A DNA stretch of 50,010 nucleotides, taken from contig BAAIJX010000003.1 in the NCBI GenBank assembly GCA_054600435.1, positions 806,001 to 856,010 of the forward strand. The letters are read 5' to 3'. Position numbers and translations under genes: made by a program. Shown here in pieces: positions 1 to 11,344 of the stretch (position 1 is its first letter; each line of letters opens with the position of its first letter). The notes beneath the pieces are model-generated. The model was not told where the DNA came from and ran no database searches. It worked only from the letters and a program-made list of their open reading frames with translations. The stretch comes from Neophaeotheca triangularis. Taxonomy: Eukaryota.

Positions 1-67
1 CAGTCATGAAGAGCAGAGCAACTCCCTCCATACTGTCCAAAACATCAACCCAAGCAATCCACCCCAT

Positions 68-3000
68 TCACAACCCCTCACCCTCCCCAGGACCCCTCTC
101 AGCCGCAGTCCGCCGAATCCTCTCCTCCTCCCGAACACAAGCCCCCAAAGCCCCAACCACAAACTCCCAACCCACCAGACTCCCATCCTTTGGCCCACCC
201 CACCCACCCTGCCAAACAACCTCCCCCCCGTCCCGCCCAGCGGCACCATAAACCCCCCTCAACGCCCTCGCCATCCCATCCCCAAGAAACGCAATCTCCC
301 CCCTCTCCATGGCCTCCACAACCCCACCCTCAACCAAAACCGCCATAAAACTCGCCACCACATACGCATGCTCTTCGGTAAAAGTATATCCCCCTTTTCC
401 ATTCCGCACAGCCTGCTCCGTCCCCACGATGGCCGCGAGTTGCGGCGCCATGGGCGGCAGGGTCTGCCACGCTGTTAGCGGATTCGGGATGATGCTGTCG
501 GGTTTTCCCGAAGTGCAGGATTTGAGCATGCGGTGGAGCGTTCGCATGTGCGCGAGGGTCCAGGGGTGGGTTTGAGAGAGGATGCCGTAGCGGGAGCGGA
601 GGTGGGAGCGGAGGTTGGAGGGAAAGGGAAGGGGCGAGGGAGTTTGGGAGGGTTGGGATGAGGTGTTTGTGATGGCGGTCCAGAAAGTGCCGGAGAGCTT
701 GGTCAGGAAGGTTGGGGCTGGAGGGGGGTTGGTTGTGGGGAGGCGGGGGGCTTTTTTTGAGACGAGGGTTATCGTTTGGGGTGATTTGGGGGACTCTTGA
801 TAGGTGCTGGCGGTTGGCTGGGCTGATCCGAATAGCGGCGGGTGGTTTTTCTTCGGCAATAGCAGGGTTGAGTTGCCCTGAGAGTCGTGTCCTTGAGAGA
901 GGGAGTCGTTGAACTTGACGCGAATTTTCTGTGGCGAATCAAGGTTGAGATGTTCCTCGTAGCTTCGCGAAGGTTCTTGCACAACCTCGTCGTCAGTTGT
1001 GACATAATCGCTTTCTCCCTCTGGCTGCTGATGCATAGCTTCTTCTTCATTGTCGACGTAGCTAGCCTCGCTTTGTCCAAGGTTCGTCGAAGTCTGCTCT
1101 TCAGCATACGAGAATTCAACTGTCGTGCTTCTAGGCCGCTTGACCGACGCCTGAGCTTCAGCAAGCAGTTGGCGCTGATCTGACGCCTTGCTTTGGAAGC
1201 TGTCGACCATATCTTGCGTCTCCTCGGCGGATTGGTCTAAAGCCTTGCTCATAGGGCTGTCTCGGACTTTACTGCTTTTGAGCAGACTCTTCCTAAGAGG
1301 ACTACTCATGGGCTTGTGCTTGGCCGGCGAGCTTCTCACTTTGCCTTCTGCAGCTTTCGTACGCAAGGCATTCGCTTGCTGCCTTTGCCTAAACTCAGCA
1401 GCTCTCGAGGAGCGATACACGACGGGCTTCCGAGGGCTGTTGCTGACCGGTTTCGAGGTAGTCGTGGCATCTATCCCACTGGTCTCGGGCCCAAGTAGTT
1501 CACTAAGGTTAGGGCCCGGATCTTTTCTAACAGGAGGACGTTCACGGCGCCGGTAAACTTGAGGCATGTTGCTTTGCCAAAACATGCCAGTGTCATCGCC
1601 ATCTGGGCTGGTGACGTTGTCGCTGCTATCAGAACCCGAACTGCCATCGGCCTCGTCTTGCTGCTCATCTGCTGCTTGCTCGTCTGCACCGGTGGCCTGA
1701 CTTTGAAGCTGCGTCGCTGCGCCATCTGGCTCCGTCAATTCTGATGACCCATCCTCCTCCACTTCTTTGCCAACCCCATCTACCGCCTGTTTCCTAACCT
1801 CATCATCCGTACTGGGAGGGGTCAAGACGCCACTGCTTCTGCGGCTCTCTCCTGTCTCCGAACCCGACGTCTTTCGGCGCTCATCATCCACTGCAGGGTG
1901 TGCTGGAGAGTCAGAGTACGCAAAGTCATTGCCAGAGCTCCGCCGCCACGTACGTGGAATCTTGGATCGAAGAGGCCGCAGAGGTTGATCGGCGAAAAGG
2001 TCTTCCAGCTGTTCGGAGTGCTCTTGTTCTTGCGGCGCTTGCGAAAGGTCGTGCGCCTGCTCTTCTTCCAGAGATCGTGACGCTTCTTCCGCCCAGATAT
2101 CCTCGTTGCTCGGGCTACTCCTTCGATTTCGGTCAGGGGAAGGTGAGTGGATGTGTATGTTACTGCTGTCGTTGATGACAATGACTCGACTAGTATTCGC
2201 GTTGCGGACCTGCTGGCTCACTGCTTCACGCTCTCGTTGCCATTCCGAGGGCTCGGGGTCTTCTGGCATTGGACTAGATCGTTTGGGCGGCGAGACCGGC
2301 CTTGCAGGTCCGGTGGGTTTCCAGCTCATAGCGTCGTAAGTAGCCGCCGGACTTGCTTGGGTTGCCTCCTCAAGCTGCTGCGTCAAGTCGGGGTATTGCG
2401 CTCTTGGTGGGGACGAGCCACCTACGTATGATACCCCGACAGCAGACTGATCGGCGGTGTTCTTTCTGCTCGCCATTTTAGACTTGTAGCTCTGAAGAGA
2501 CTCAATAGAGACCATGGTGAAGTCTTCGTTCTCTGTCACGGTCACATCGTCGGCATCCTCCTGATCCTGTGTTTCATCACCCACTGCATCCCGCAGTGCC
2601 TCATCAAGCTCGTCTCTGGCTTGGCTTAGGCGCTTGCTTCGAGGTCGTTTAAGGGGCGTGAACCCTCGCTTGCGCGGCGTAGTGGACGAACGCGGTGCAC
2701 TCGATCGAGGCGGAGGCTTCAAAGCTGTCGCATCGTCTGCATCGGCAGAACTCTCATTCTCGGCCACGCTCTCCTGAGCAGGTGGCTGGCCTCGACGCCT
2801 TGGTCGAATCGGTGTACCTTTCCTCTTTCTTTGCGCCCTGACATTCTCGTCTGGGGCTTCGATGCTCTTCTTTGCTGGTGTAGGCTTCCTGATCCTCCCC
2901 TTTTTCACGGGGCTTCCCTGCTCATCGGTGATTTGGAGAGGCACTTTGGTGCTCGTTTCGTTGCGAGTCGCTCTACTAGGACTGCTGGCCTCGACTGTTA

Positions 3001-3214
3001 CTTTGATGCGCCATGGACTCGCCTCTCCCTCCGGCGCGTTGGCCTCCATGACGAAGGATTTGCTTGGCGAGGAGCGTATGTTTGTTGACTTTTGCGAAAG
3101 CGGCCGAGAACGACGAGGGGTTGTACTGCGAGCGGCAGCGTTGTGTGGCAGTAAAGGTGACGAGGGTAGTGTAAGAGGATCCGGCGATGCCGAGCGGCTA
3201 CTAATAGCTGACAT
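68..3214 (-). CDS. Large, mostly disordered S/P/E-rich hypothetical protein (1048 aa), likely nuclear
   Basis: Uninterrupted ATG-initiated ORF. Contains basic NLS-like patches (RKRKGTPIRPRRR), the short motif SPWRIKVTVEA and a more ordered C-terminal segment (HPWTLAHMRTLHRM). Head-to-head with YEN1. Function not assignable. Confidence 0.7.
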   Translation of the reverse strand: MSAISSRSASPDPLTLPSSPLLPHNAAARSTTPRRSRPLSQKSTNIRSSPSKSFVMEANAPEGEASPWRIKVTVEASSPSRATRNETSTKVPLQITDEQGSPVKKGRIRKPTPAKKSIEAPDENVRAQRKRKGTPIRPRRRGQPPAQESVAENESSADADDATALKPPPRSSAPRSSTTPRKRGFTPLKRPRSKRLSQARDELDEALRDAVGDETQDQEDADDVTVTENEDFTMVSIESLQSYKSKMASRKNTADQSAVGVSYVGGSSPPRAQYPDLTQQLEEATQASPAATYDAMSWKPTGPARPVSPPKRSSPMPEDPEPSEWQREREAVSQQVRNANTSRVIVINDSSNIHIHSPSPDRNRRSSPSNEDIWAEEASRSLEEEQAHDLSQAPQEQEHSEQLEDLFADQPLRPLRSKIPRTWRRSSGNDFAYSDSPAHPAVDDERRKTSGSETGESRRSSGVLTPPSTDDEVRKQAVDGVGKEVEEDGSSELTEPDGAATQLQSQATGADEQAADEQQDEADGSSGSDSSDNVTSPDGDDTGMFWQSNMPQVYRRRERPPVRKDPGPNLSELLGPETSGIDATTTSKPVSNSPRKPVVYRSSRAAEFRQRQQANALRTKAAEGKVRSSPAKHKPMSSPLRKSLLKSSKVRDSPMSKALDQSAEETQDMVDSFQSKASDQRQLLAEAQASVKRPRSTTVEFSYAEEQTSTNLGQSEASYVDNEEEAMHQQPEGESDYVTTDDEVVQEPSRSYEEHLNLDSPQKIRVKFNDSLSQGHDSQGNSTLLLPKKNHPPLFGSAQPTASTYQESPKSPQTITLVSKKAPRLPTTNPPPAPTFLTKLSGTFWTAITNTSSQPSQTPSPLPFPSNLRSHLRSRYGILSQTHPWTLAHMRTLHRMLKSCTSGKPDSIIPNPLTAWQTLPPMAPQLAAIVGTEQAVRNGKGGYTFTEEHAYVVASFMAVLVEGGVVEAMERGEIAFLGDGMARALRGVYGAAGRDGGEVVWQGGWGGPKDGSLVGWEFVVGALGACVREEERIRRTAAERGPGEGEGL

Positions 3215-3749
3215 GGTGGATCGGTCGACGAGGAATGTTCTCCGTTCAAGTATCGATGGAAGCCGTTTCTCGGCCCGGATCTGTAGTATGTAGGGGCAAT
3301 ATCAGACTCGGCTTCGCGTCCAGCCCAGCCCAGCTGGGATGTTGATTGTTGATTGTTGACGGCTGCGCTTCGTTTAATTGCACCAAAGTGCAGAAGAAAC
3401 CATTAAATGGTAGCACTACGTACGAGCAATAGTGTACCTATCCGAGCCTTTGGCCTAATAATATCGCCTTGTTGTGTTCGATCGCCCATGTCGCCAGCAA
3501 CACGCCGTCAGAGGCGGTTTTCGAGCGATAAGAAGTCGTCGCCACAGCAACTATCAGCTTCAACCCAAGCATACCAGTACCTACTATGTAGGTACGCTAT
3601 CCCATCAGCACTGCCCATGGTTATTGCGCCAGGCTCTCGACACGACACCACAATTGCTACACACGTTGGAATCAAGTTACGACTTTACCAACCGTGCCAT
3701 GGCTCTTTTTGTACCTTAGCTTTCGCATACATACCGCCAGTGGAAAGCA

Positions 3750-6700
3750 ATGGGTATCCACGGCATCTTCAAAGAGATCGGGCCAGGCCAGCGCATCTCT
3801 CTGGCCAAACTCTCCGCCGAACATTATATCACTCACTCGCGGCCCTTGAAACTGGCCATCGACATTTCCATCTGGCTTTTCCAAATTCAGTCTGGAAAGG
3901 GAGGCTCCAATCCAGCTCTTCGAACCTTCTACTACCGCCTATTGCGCCTCTTGTCCCTCAACATCCACCCACTCTTCGTCTTCGATGGCCCGAACAAGCC
4001 GCTCTTCAAGCGCAACAAGCGCGTTGGAGGCCCTGGAGTAAGAGTTGCGAGCGTACCCGAGTTTCTGGCCAAACAGTTGTTGAAGCAGTTCGGGTTCCCA
4101 GCGCACATTGCACCGGGGGAGGCAGAGGCGGAGTGTGCGATGCTACAGAGGGAAGGCGTGGTGGATGCGGTTTTGAGTGAAGATGTGGATACGCTCATGT
4201 TTGGCTCTGGGGCTACGCTGCGTAACTGGACGCCGGAGGGCAGTACCAAGACGCCTACGCACGTGAATTTGTTTGAGGCGGCCAAGACGATGGAAACTAG
4301 CGGCCTGGATAGCGAGGGCATGGTGTTGGTGGCTTTGATGAGTGGCGGAGATTATATACCCGAAGGTATACCAGGATGCGGACCAAAGGTCGCCTGCGAT
4401 GCTGCGCGAGCTGGGTTTGGGAAGGAGTTGTGCCGGCTAGGCAAGAAGGACAAGGCGGGCCTCAAACTTTGGAGAGAACGTTTGACGCATCAAATTCAGA
4501 CAAACGAGCTCAAATTCTTCTCCCGCAAGAATCCCGCTTTTCGCATGCCTGAGGATTTTCCAAGCCAGGAAGTTTTGGGTTACTACACGCGCCCGTGTGT
4601 TTCATCGACGGAGAAGGTTGCTCGTCTGCGCAGTGAGCTACGTTGGGATGCTGAGATCGACTATCCTGCATTGAGGAGCTTCACGGCGGATGCTTTCGAC
4701 TGGCAATGTCTGGGTGGCGCAAAGAAGTTTATACGAAATCTAGCACCAGCGTTGCTAGTACGAGAATTGCGACTTCGTGGCGAAGGTGGAGACTTTGTGC
4801 CGGCCGAGCAGCAAGAGGAGTCTGAGCAAAAGCTCGTTGGTGCTATACATGGCAAGCGCACTCATTTCACGACCGATGGGGAGCTGGAGCTCCGCATTTC
4901 GTTCACTCCTATGGATCTAGTACCGATAGATCTCAGCATAGAAGAGGAAGAAGACGACTTTCGCCCAGCTGGTGGCGATGACAGCGACCTCGAAAGCGAC
5001 TCTGCCGCCCTACCACCCACTTCGACACAAGAAAATGACTCGGAAACCCCTGTATCACCTTCAAAGAAACGTACCTTCAAGTCCTATCATCCCGATCAAC
5101 CAGAAAAGTTGTGGATTTTACGCTCGTTCTTGCAGTTGGGTCTTCCTCTACTCGTTGAAGATTGGGAAGCGAGTATGAAGGATCCAAAAGAGTTCCTCAA
5201 GGCCAAAAGAAAGGCCAAGGCTGCAGGAAGCAAAAAACCCACCGCCACTAAAGGGAAGAAGAAGGGAACAGGAATGCAGCCTAACGCATTGATGGCCTAC
5301 ACTACGGTAGCAAAAGCTACAACACCTGCAGTAGAAGTCGAGGGCAAAGCACCGACAGCCACCAAGCCGGGTGAGCGAAGGACAGCTGCGATAAGTTTGA
5401 GTCCGAAAGCCAATGGACGTACCGTCGACCAGCCGAATCCTTCAGCATTGGATGATGACGATCTAGAAGTAATTTCTGCATTTAGACTCCCCGCCACCCA
5501 AGTCCCCAAGGACCTCTTGAACAAATACGTGCCCAATATCTCTTCATCGCAGCCGGTCCCGACCACTCGACCCTTCGCCCTTTTTGCGACAGCCTCCTCT
5601 CAGGCTCCAGCAGCAGCACAAGAACCCGACTCCAAGTCCATAGCCCCCTCCGCACAAGAGCCTGCGACTCCAAAAGCGCGACGCAAGAGGAGATCACCAG
5701 AGATATCCTCATCCGCCAACAACACTCCCAAGATCACAAGCTTTTTCTCGCCTTCTTCTAGAAGGGTTGAGAGGACCGAGACCATCGATCTCATTACCTC
5801 CCCGGCGCCGGGACCGGATCAACAAGACGTCTTCAGCGACGCTGGTGGCTTTTTTCGACCAGAGAGTCCCAGTCCACCCAACATCAGGCATCGGTTTGTG
5901 AGATCGCCTGAGCGCCAGGCGCAAGCTCCAGTATCGGAAGTCGATATCTTGACACCTGTAGCTAGGAGAGTAAGCAGTGACGAGTTTGGAGAATTGCCAG
6001 ACTCAGTGACAAAACGGAGGAAGCGAGTAAGAGGCCCGCTGAAGAAGAGCAAGACAGCCCCTGCGCTAGGTTATGATAACTTTGACGAAGACGACGCTAT
6101 GACACCACGACCCCCATCTCCCGGAATCGCCCTTAACGCTATGAATTTCGACAAACAGTCAGATGCTACCTGTGTTGTGGACTTGATCTCCTCCAGCCCG
6201 CAAAGTTTGCCGAGTCCGCGAATGCTGATGGGTAGACGAAGCGTGAGCTACGATGGCGCTTCCGCAGTGCAACCACCAGCAAAACCAGGGACAACGAACA
6301 TCTACCTAGATGGCCCACCAAGAGCATCCTGCGACAACTCTCACCAGCCTCTTGAACCAATGATGAACCTCACCGAACCGGGACCAAACCACGACGCCCT
6401 CCCAACCCCACCAATCAGCCGCAACAGCAGCCTACCGACCACGTACGACCCAACCCAACCCGAGACCGAAACCATCGACCTCTCAACCTGCACAAACTCG
6501 GCGCCCAAATCCGATCCAAAGCCCTTAATCCGGCGCTCCCCACGCCACAACCCGCCCGCCCCCACTACCTCCACGACCCACCCACAACAACCCCGTGCCC
6601 AAGCGAAGAAAAAACGCGTCAACCTCCGCGAATCCCTCCCAGGCTTCTTCCGCGAAACGGACCTCGCGGTCTTGGAAGCCGAGAGCGTAGATCTTAGCGG

Positions 6701-6821
6701 TGATGGTGGGGCTAGTAGCGGTGGTGCGGCAGTGAGAGAAAGCGCGGCTAGGATCGAGGCGCTTAGGGGTATGAGAGGGGGTTGGAGAAAAAGTGGTGTC
6801 GAGAGTGTTGATTTGACTTGA
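3750..6821 (+). CDS. YEN1: Holliday junction resolvase Yen1/GEN1 (XPG/Rad2 family structure-specific endonuclease)
   Basis: XPG-N motifs MGIHGIFKEI, LAIDISIW and FVFDG; XPG-I motifs APGEAEAECA, SEDVDTLMFG and LMSGGDY; long disordered C-terminal tail. Intronless. Confidence 0.9.
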   Translation: MGIHGIFKEIGPGQRISLAKLSAEHYITHSRPLKLAIDISIWLFQIQSGKGGSNPALRTFYYRLLRLLSLNIHPLFVFDGPNKPLFKRNKRVGGPGVRVASVPEFLAKQLLKQFGFPAHIAPGEAEAECAMLQREGVVDAVLSEDVDTLMFGSGATLRNWTPEGSTKTPTHVNLFEAAKTMETSGLDSEGMVLVALMSGGDYIPEGIPGCGPKVACDAARAGFGKELCRLGKKDKAGLKLWRERLTHQIQTNELKFFSRKNPAFRMPEDFPSQEVLGYYTRPCVSSTEKVARLRSELRWDAEIDYPALRSFTADAFDWQCLGGAKKFIRNLAPALLVRELRLRGEGGDFVPAEQQEESEQKLVGAIHGKRTHFTTDGELELRISFTPMDLVPIDLSIEEEEDDFRPAGGDDSDLESDSAALPPTSTQENDSETPVSPSKKRTFKSYHPDQPEKLWILRSFLQLGLPLLVEDWEASMKDPKEFLKAKRKAKAAGSKKPTATKGKKKGTGMQPNALMAYTTVAKATTPAVEVEGKAPTATKPGERRTAAISLSPKANGRTVDQPNPSALDDDDLEVISAFRLPATQVPKDLLNKYVPNISSSQPVPTTRPFALFATASSQAPAAAQEPDSKSIAPSAQEPATPKARRKRRSPEISSSANNTPKITSFFSPSSRRVERTETIDLITSPAPGPDQQDVFSDAGGFFRPESPSPPNIRHRFVRSPERQAQAPVSEVDILTPVARRVSSDEFGELPDSVTKRRKRVRGPLKKSKTAPALGYDNFDEDDAMTPRPPSPGIALNAMNFDKQSDATCVVDLISSSPQSLPSPRMLMGRRSVSYDGASAVQPPAKPGTTNIYLDGPPRASCDNSHQPLEPMMNLTEPGPNHDALPTPPISRNSSLPTTYDPTQPETETIDLSTCTNSAPKSDPKPLIRRSPRHNPPAPTTSTTHPQQPRAQAKKKRVNLRESLPGFFRETDLAVLEAESVDLSGDGGASSGGAAVRESAARIEALRGMRGGWRKSGVESVDLT

Positions 6822-7118
6822 CTTGAAGCAATTACGCCGGGAAAGGGAGTGGTCTTGAGGGAGTTGGGAACCTTGTGGATTAGGTGGGTCGGAAAGCTCT
6901 CGAGATTCTTTCGCTGTAACGATACCTCGCTGTGCTGTTGGTTACGTGCTATGAACTACTACTTGACAAACGAACCCGTGATTCCGCTACGAATAATCTC
7001 TGAAAAGAAGAGTAGCGATACTCGCTGCTTCCCATAGTACAGAGGTTCCGGCCTTCTCAATGCATAGTCTCTTGCATGGTCGACTCATGCACACAAACGC
7101 ATCAGCGCTCTTATCCGT

Positions 7119-9491
7119 TCATGTAAACTCCGTCTCGCAATTCGCGACCGCGTGGTCGTCATCGTGCGGTATCGCAATATCGTCCTCTGTCTCACACGGT
7201 TCCTCGTGCCCATCCTTGTTCTCGTCAAAAATCTCCACGTTGATCTCAAGGATTCTGTCCTCAACATCCTTCGCCTCGACACCCTTCGCCCCACCGCCAT
7301 TTTCCTCCTCACCCTTTCCCCCAACATCTTCCGCCCCACCACTATCCTCCACCCCACTCCTTCCACAACTCTCCCCCTCCACGCCCCTCTCAACCTCAAC
7401 CACACCCTCCAAGACTCCCTCCCCCCTCGCACAAGCCAAGACCCAAGCCTCCAACATCCCCTTCCCCACGCCCCTGCCATGCACAAGCGGCACTCTCGAA
7501 TCATACTCCGGCCTCGCCATCTGCGGGCCAATCTCGAAACGCAGTCTATGCGCCCTATCGGCAGCAGCCGAAGGAGAAAGAGACGCTGTGGTGGGCTTGG
7601 CTGTCTCGACTGGCGTGGGGATCTGCTGCGCGGCCGTGGGAGCGCAAGTGTCGATGGGGGTTGGTTTGCGCTTTGTGGTCGCGGTGGTGGTGGCGGGGGG
7701 CGCGGGGCTGGGCTTCTGTTGCTTCTGCTGCTTTTTCGGGGGCGCGGGAGCCGTGGCCGGGTGTTGGGATTTCTGGGCCTGGGCCTGGGCTTGGGCTTGG
7801 GCTTTGCGGGCTTTGCCCTTTAGCCTGCCGCCGGTCGCGTTGGGTTCGGCCGTGTTCGATTTGGTGGTGTTGGCGTCGGTGGTAGAAACGGCGGTCGCGG
7901 GTTTCTTGCCGCCCCGTTTCAAACCCGCGTAGTCTGTGTTCTCGTCGAATGCGGCGCCGAGTGAGCTGGCGAGAGTCTGTGGGTCGTGCATCGTGTGCAT
8001 GCGCTGTAGCATGCGCTGTTCCGTGGCATTCGTGCCTTTGGGGGCGGAGCCCGGGGCGTTGAGTGAGGCCGGTGGGAACAGTGAGCGGGCGGAGTGCTGG
8101 TGGTTTTGGGACGCATAGGTCGGGGTGTCAGGGGCGTAGTGTGGTGCCGCTTGGAACAGGTCTTGGATGAATAGGGGGTTTGGGAGGAATGGTTGGATTG
8201 GGCGGGAGGGTTGGGGGAAGGTGGTGTTGAGGTTCGGCAGGGCTTGGAGGTTGGTTTTGAAGGTGCTTTGGTGCGGCACGGCGGAGGTTGGCGTGGGAGG
8301 GAGGGGGTCGTTGGGGCGCTGGACGAAATTCTGAGGGTTGGTCTGCTGCATCTGACTACCGGCGTTGGTCGCCGTGACAGCTGCGAACGGGATGGCGATG
8401 AGTAGGTAGGCGTGTTCGAACTTTGGTTGGGTTCGCTTCGTTGGAAATGCCAGGATTTTGTTTCCGGGGAAAGCAATCAAGCTGTCGCTGTCAGTGAGTG
8501 CTTTCGTAGAGTTCGAATTTTCGCTGTCAAGATCGGACGAGGAGGAGCTATCATACCCGCTGCTATCGTCTTCAACGTCTTGCTCATCGTCGCTGTCGAG
8601 AGTGCTTGCCTTCATCGCCTCAATCAACTCAGCGTGCTCCGTCGTGGTGGCCTCGTTGAACGCTATTTCCAAGACGACCCAGTCACGCAAGTGCAACTTG
8701 TTCGAGTCTGGTTGCTCCTTGATTGCTTTTGGCAGCTCGATGCGAGTGAGCTTCAACTTTTCACACTCCTCGAGAGTGAAGGTAATGGACTGCTGCGAAA
8801 ACACTTCCTTCAATTGCAGAGTGCTAAGCTTCGTCTGATTTGTCTTGGTATCCGGGTGTTCCAACCAGCTGCAGATTCTCTTGGATAGCTTGTTGTACCA
8901 GTACGCGGGAGCCGGGTCCTTTCGAGAGCTGGATCCCAGACGGGTTCCTATGTAGTTTGGGGGCGGAGACGCTGGGCCGCCGGCAGCAGCTGCAAGCTCT
9001 TCGCACTGCAAAAGGACGTCAATCTTGGCAGTCGCGGGAGACTCATGCTTGGGAGGAGATACAGTAGGCTGGTAGACAGTGCTCGTTTCGCCTTCTGGCT
9101 TAGAGATTGTAATTGATGGCTTCTTGAGCAGTGGCTTGACAGCTCCGAGGGGCGTTCCAGGCGCAGAGCGCTTGCTACTCTTTGCGCTGCTTGGCTTCGA
9201 GCTCACAGGACAGTTCTCGACATCTTCTTCTTTTGCGGTGGGTTTTGTTAGTCCTTTCGAAGTTGTCTGTGTCTCAGTCTCCTTCTTACGCGACTCCGGA
9301 AGGTATGGAATTGGATCCGGCATCTCCCAGAGACGCACGGCCTGATCACCCGCCATCTTTGAGCCGTTTGGGATACCCAAGATTGCTTGAAGGGAGCGAG
9401 AGGCTTGTTGTGCTGCTGGGAGACGAGCACTGTAGCGCTTGTGAGAGAAGCCTTTCTCCAGATCCTGGTAATGGTTCTTGGGATCGGCCAT
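7119..9491 (-). CDS. Hypothetical low-complexity protein (about 790 aa)
   Basis: Long open frame; first ATG at 9491 (MADPKNHYQDLEK). Contains an acidic/Ser tract, AQ repeats and an acidic C-terminus. No recognisable domain. Confidence 0.55.
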   Translation of the reverse strand: MADPKNHYQDLEKGFSHKRYSARLPAAQQASRSLQAILGIPNGSKMAGDQAVRLWEMPDPIPYLPESRKKETETQTTSKGLTKPTAKEEDVENCPVSSKPSSAKSSKRSAPGTPLGAVKPLLKKPSITISKPEGETSTVYQPTVSPPKHESPATAKIDVLLQCEELAAAAGGPASPPPNYIGTRLGSSSRKDPAPAYWYNKLSKRICSWLEHPDTKTNQTKLSTLQLKEVFSQQSITFTLEECEKLKLTRIELPKAIKEQPDSNKLHLRDWVVLEIAFNEATTTEHAELIEAMKASTLDSDDEQDVEDDSSGYDSSSSSDLDSENSNSTKALTDSDSLIAFPGNKILAFPTKRTQPKFEHAYLLIAIPFAAVTATNAGSQMQQTNPQNFVQRPNDPLPPTPTSAVPHQSTFKTNLQALPNLNTTFPQPSRPIQPFLPNPLFIQDLFQAAPHYAPDTPTYASQNHQHSARSLFPPASLNAPGSAPKGTNATEQRMLQRMHTMHDPQTLASSLGAAFDENTDYAGLKRGGKKPATAVSTTDANTTKSNTAEPNATGGRLKGKARKAQAQAQAQAQKSQHPATAPAPPKKQQKQQKPSPAPPATTTATTKRKPTPIDTCAPTAAQQIPTPVETAKPTTASLSPSAAADRAHRLRFEIGPQMARPEYDSRVPLVHGRGVGKGMLEAWVLACARGEGVLEGVVEVERGVEGESCGRSGVEDSGGAEDVGGKGEEENGGGAKGVEAKDVEDRILEINVEIFDENKDGHEEPCETEDDIAIPHDDDHAVANCETEFT

Positions 9492-9976
9492 GATGGATAG
9501 TGGTGCCCGAAGGAGCCGCGAGCGGTGGTGGAGAGAGCGATGCTCAGATATCCTGCCGCGAAAGCAAAGATGTCTGCTCGTGGAACGATATCGATGCGTC
9601 AACCGCTACGATACGACGCTATGGCAATGGTGGTGAAGACGCTTGGGTGAGGATAGACAGGTGATAGAGGAGCGGTACAAAAGGTGTTGCGGAGGGTGTA
9701 GAGAAAGTAATACTTTCGTTGTTGATGAAATTGCGAGACTTCAAGTGGGAGGTGTCGGCAGCGCGTGTAGTGAGGTTGAAATCGAGGTGCAGATGTCCCG
9801 ACCCACCAGTGCAGGGGCGGAAGTATACTTACTTGGGAATTCTTGAAATGCAGCAGTAGGGAAAACGGCGTTTCGATGGAACGGTATATTTTCATCGTCT
9901 TTCCAGGATCGCCGGGAAGCTCGTCTCCAAGCTATGCTGCGACTAAAGCTGGCCTCCCTGGCACCTTCGGGTTTGT

Positions 9977-11344
9977 TCATTCATGACCCATCGTCTCGTT
10001 GTAGGCACACGCCAGGTCGCGGTTCAGCGAGAAGTTGTAGGTGGCTTCGAGAACGTAGGGGTTGTCGCCGGGACCGAAGATCTGCCTCTCGTCACGCTGC
10101 CATTCGGGGTTGTTGATAGCATCGATCCAATCTTGGACTTCCATGACGACGCAACCGTACTGCTCTACCACGCGGGGGCGGTCTGCATCGTCGAAAAAGC
10201 CCTGGGTTTCCTTCAAAGCCAATGTGCCTGGTTCTTAATCAGCACAGGACCAACATTACGTTCAACCATCAGACTTCACTCACCTCGCATGTTGTTACAA
10301 TCGAAGATTTGGAACGCTTCTTGATCGGTGTAGACGTCGACCTGAATTCCAGACCAAGGGCTCGCCAGAGTGGCAACAGGCTTGTTACGCCAGTCGTATG
10401 GCCCGTTCTGAGCGCGGTTGACGAGATAGCAGGTGTCGTAGCCAGTACATCCGAGACCGCAGTTGCCCTCAGCCTCAGGAGCGGTTATGTTTGCACCGAG
10501 CTGTTTCGGTGCGGACCACCAATCGTTGACCCCGTTCTGCGTGTTGGGCAGGATCTCTCCGGTGGGAATCAGGATGTTGTCGACAGCAACACGCTGACCC
10601 GAGTACGGGAGGTGTATGGTATGGTTCAGTGCGGAGTTAATGTCGGTGTTCTGGTAGCCGTCCAGATTCCAGTACGTGTGCTGGCTGAGCATGATGGGTG
10701 TCTTCTTGGTAGTGGATGTCGCAGTCATCTTGATGTGCCATTGGTACGGAGTGAGGGTATAAGTCACAAGGGAAATGACCTGGCCGGGGAAGCCTTGCTC
10801 GCCATCTTCATCAGTGAGGGCGAAAGTGATGGAGCTCGTAGTGTGAGCGACAACCGTCCAGTTGCGCCAATCATAGCCGTTCTCGCCACCGTGCAGAGTA
10901 TTGAGGCCATCGTTGTCATTGGGGTTGGTGTTGTAGGTTTCACCGTCGATTGTGAAACTGGAGTTCTTGATACGGTTTGCGTATCGGCCGGGAACACCGT
11001 TGAGATGAGGATGCAGCTCATCCACGCTGTAGTAGCTGGCGTTATCAAATCCCTGCAAGTCTGTCAGTGACAAGGACACAGCAAATGTGATTCTTTTCCC
11101 CTACCAAAACGATATCACGCTCAACGCCCCTGGTGTCCTGGATGAACAGGTTGCTCATCGACGCGCCATATGGGATGAACAGAGCCCGAATGCCTTCGCT
11201 CGAGACTTCGTATTTGCCGTCGTCCCTCACGTCAGAACCATTGCCGGCAATCATTGGCATGTCGTTGTGGGAGTAACTGCCATACATCTGGGTACGCGCC
11301 AGCAGAGGCAAGGCCGCCCACAAGGCGAGGCTCTTGAGACCCAT
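9977..11344 (-). CDS. Secreted aldose 1-epimerase (galactose mutarotase family), 3 exons
   Basis: Exons 11344-11105, 11052-10284 and 10227-9977. Introns 11104-11053 (GTAGGG..CTGAC..CAG) and 10283-10228 (GTGAGT..CTGAT..CAG). Motifs GRYANRI, LHGG, HTYWNLDG and MEVQDWIDAIN. Hydrophobic N-terminal signal MGLKSLALWAALPLLA. Confidence 0.88.

Noticed and set aside
3407..4180. 257-aa ORF overlapping the YEN1 start
   Set aside because: Out-of-frame overlap with the conserved XPG-N region and no recognisable protein features.
9977..11344. Possible stwintron in the aldose mutarotase gene, a family where I recall such introns being reported
   Set aside because: Both introns are simple 52-nt and 56-nt GT-AG introns with one branch site each.
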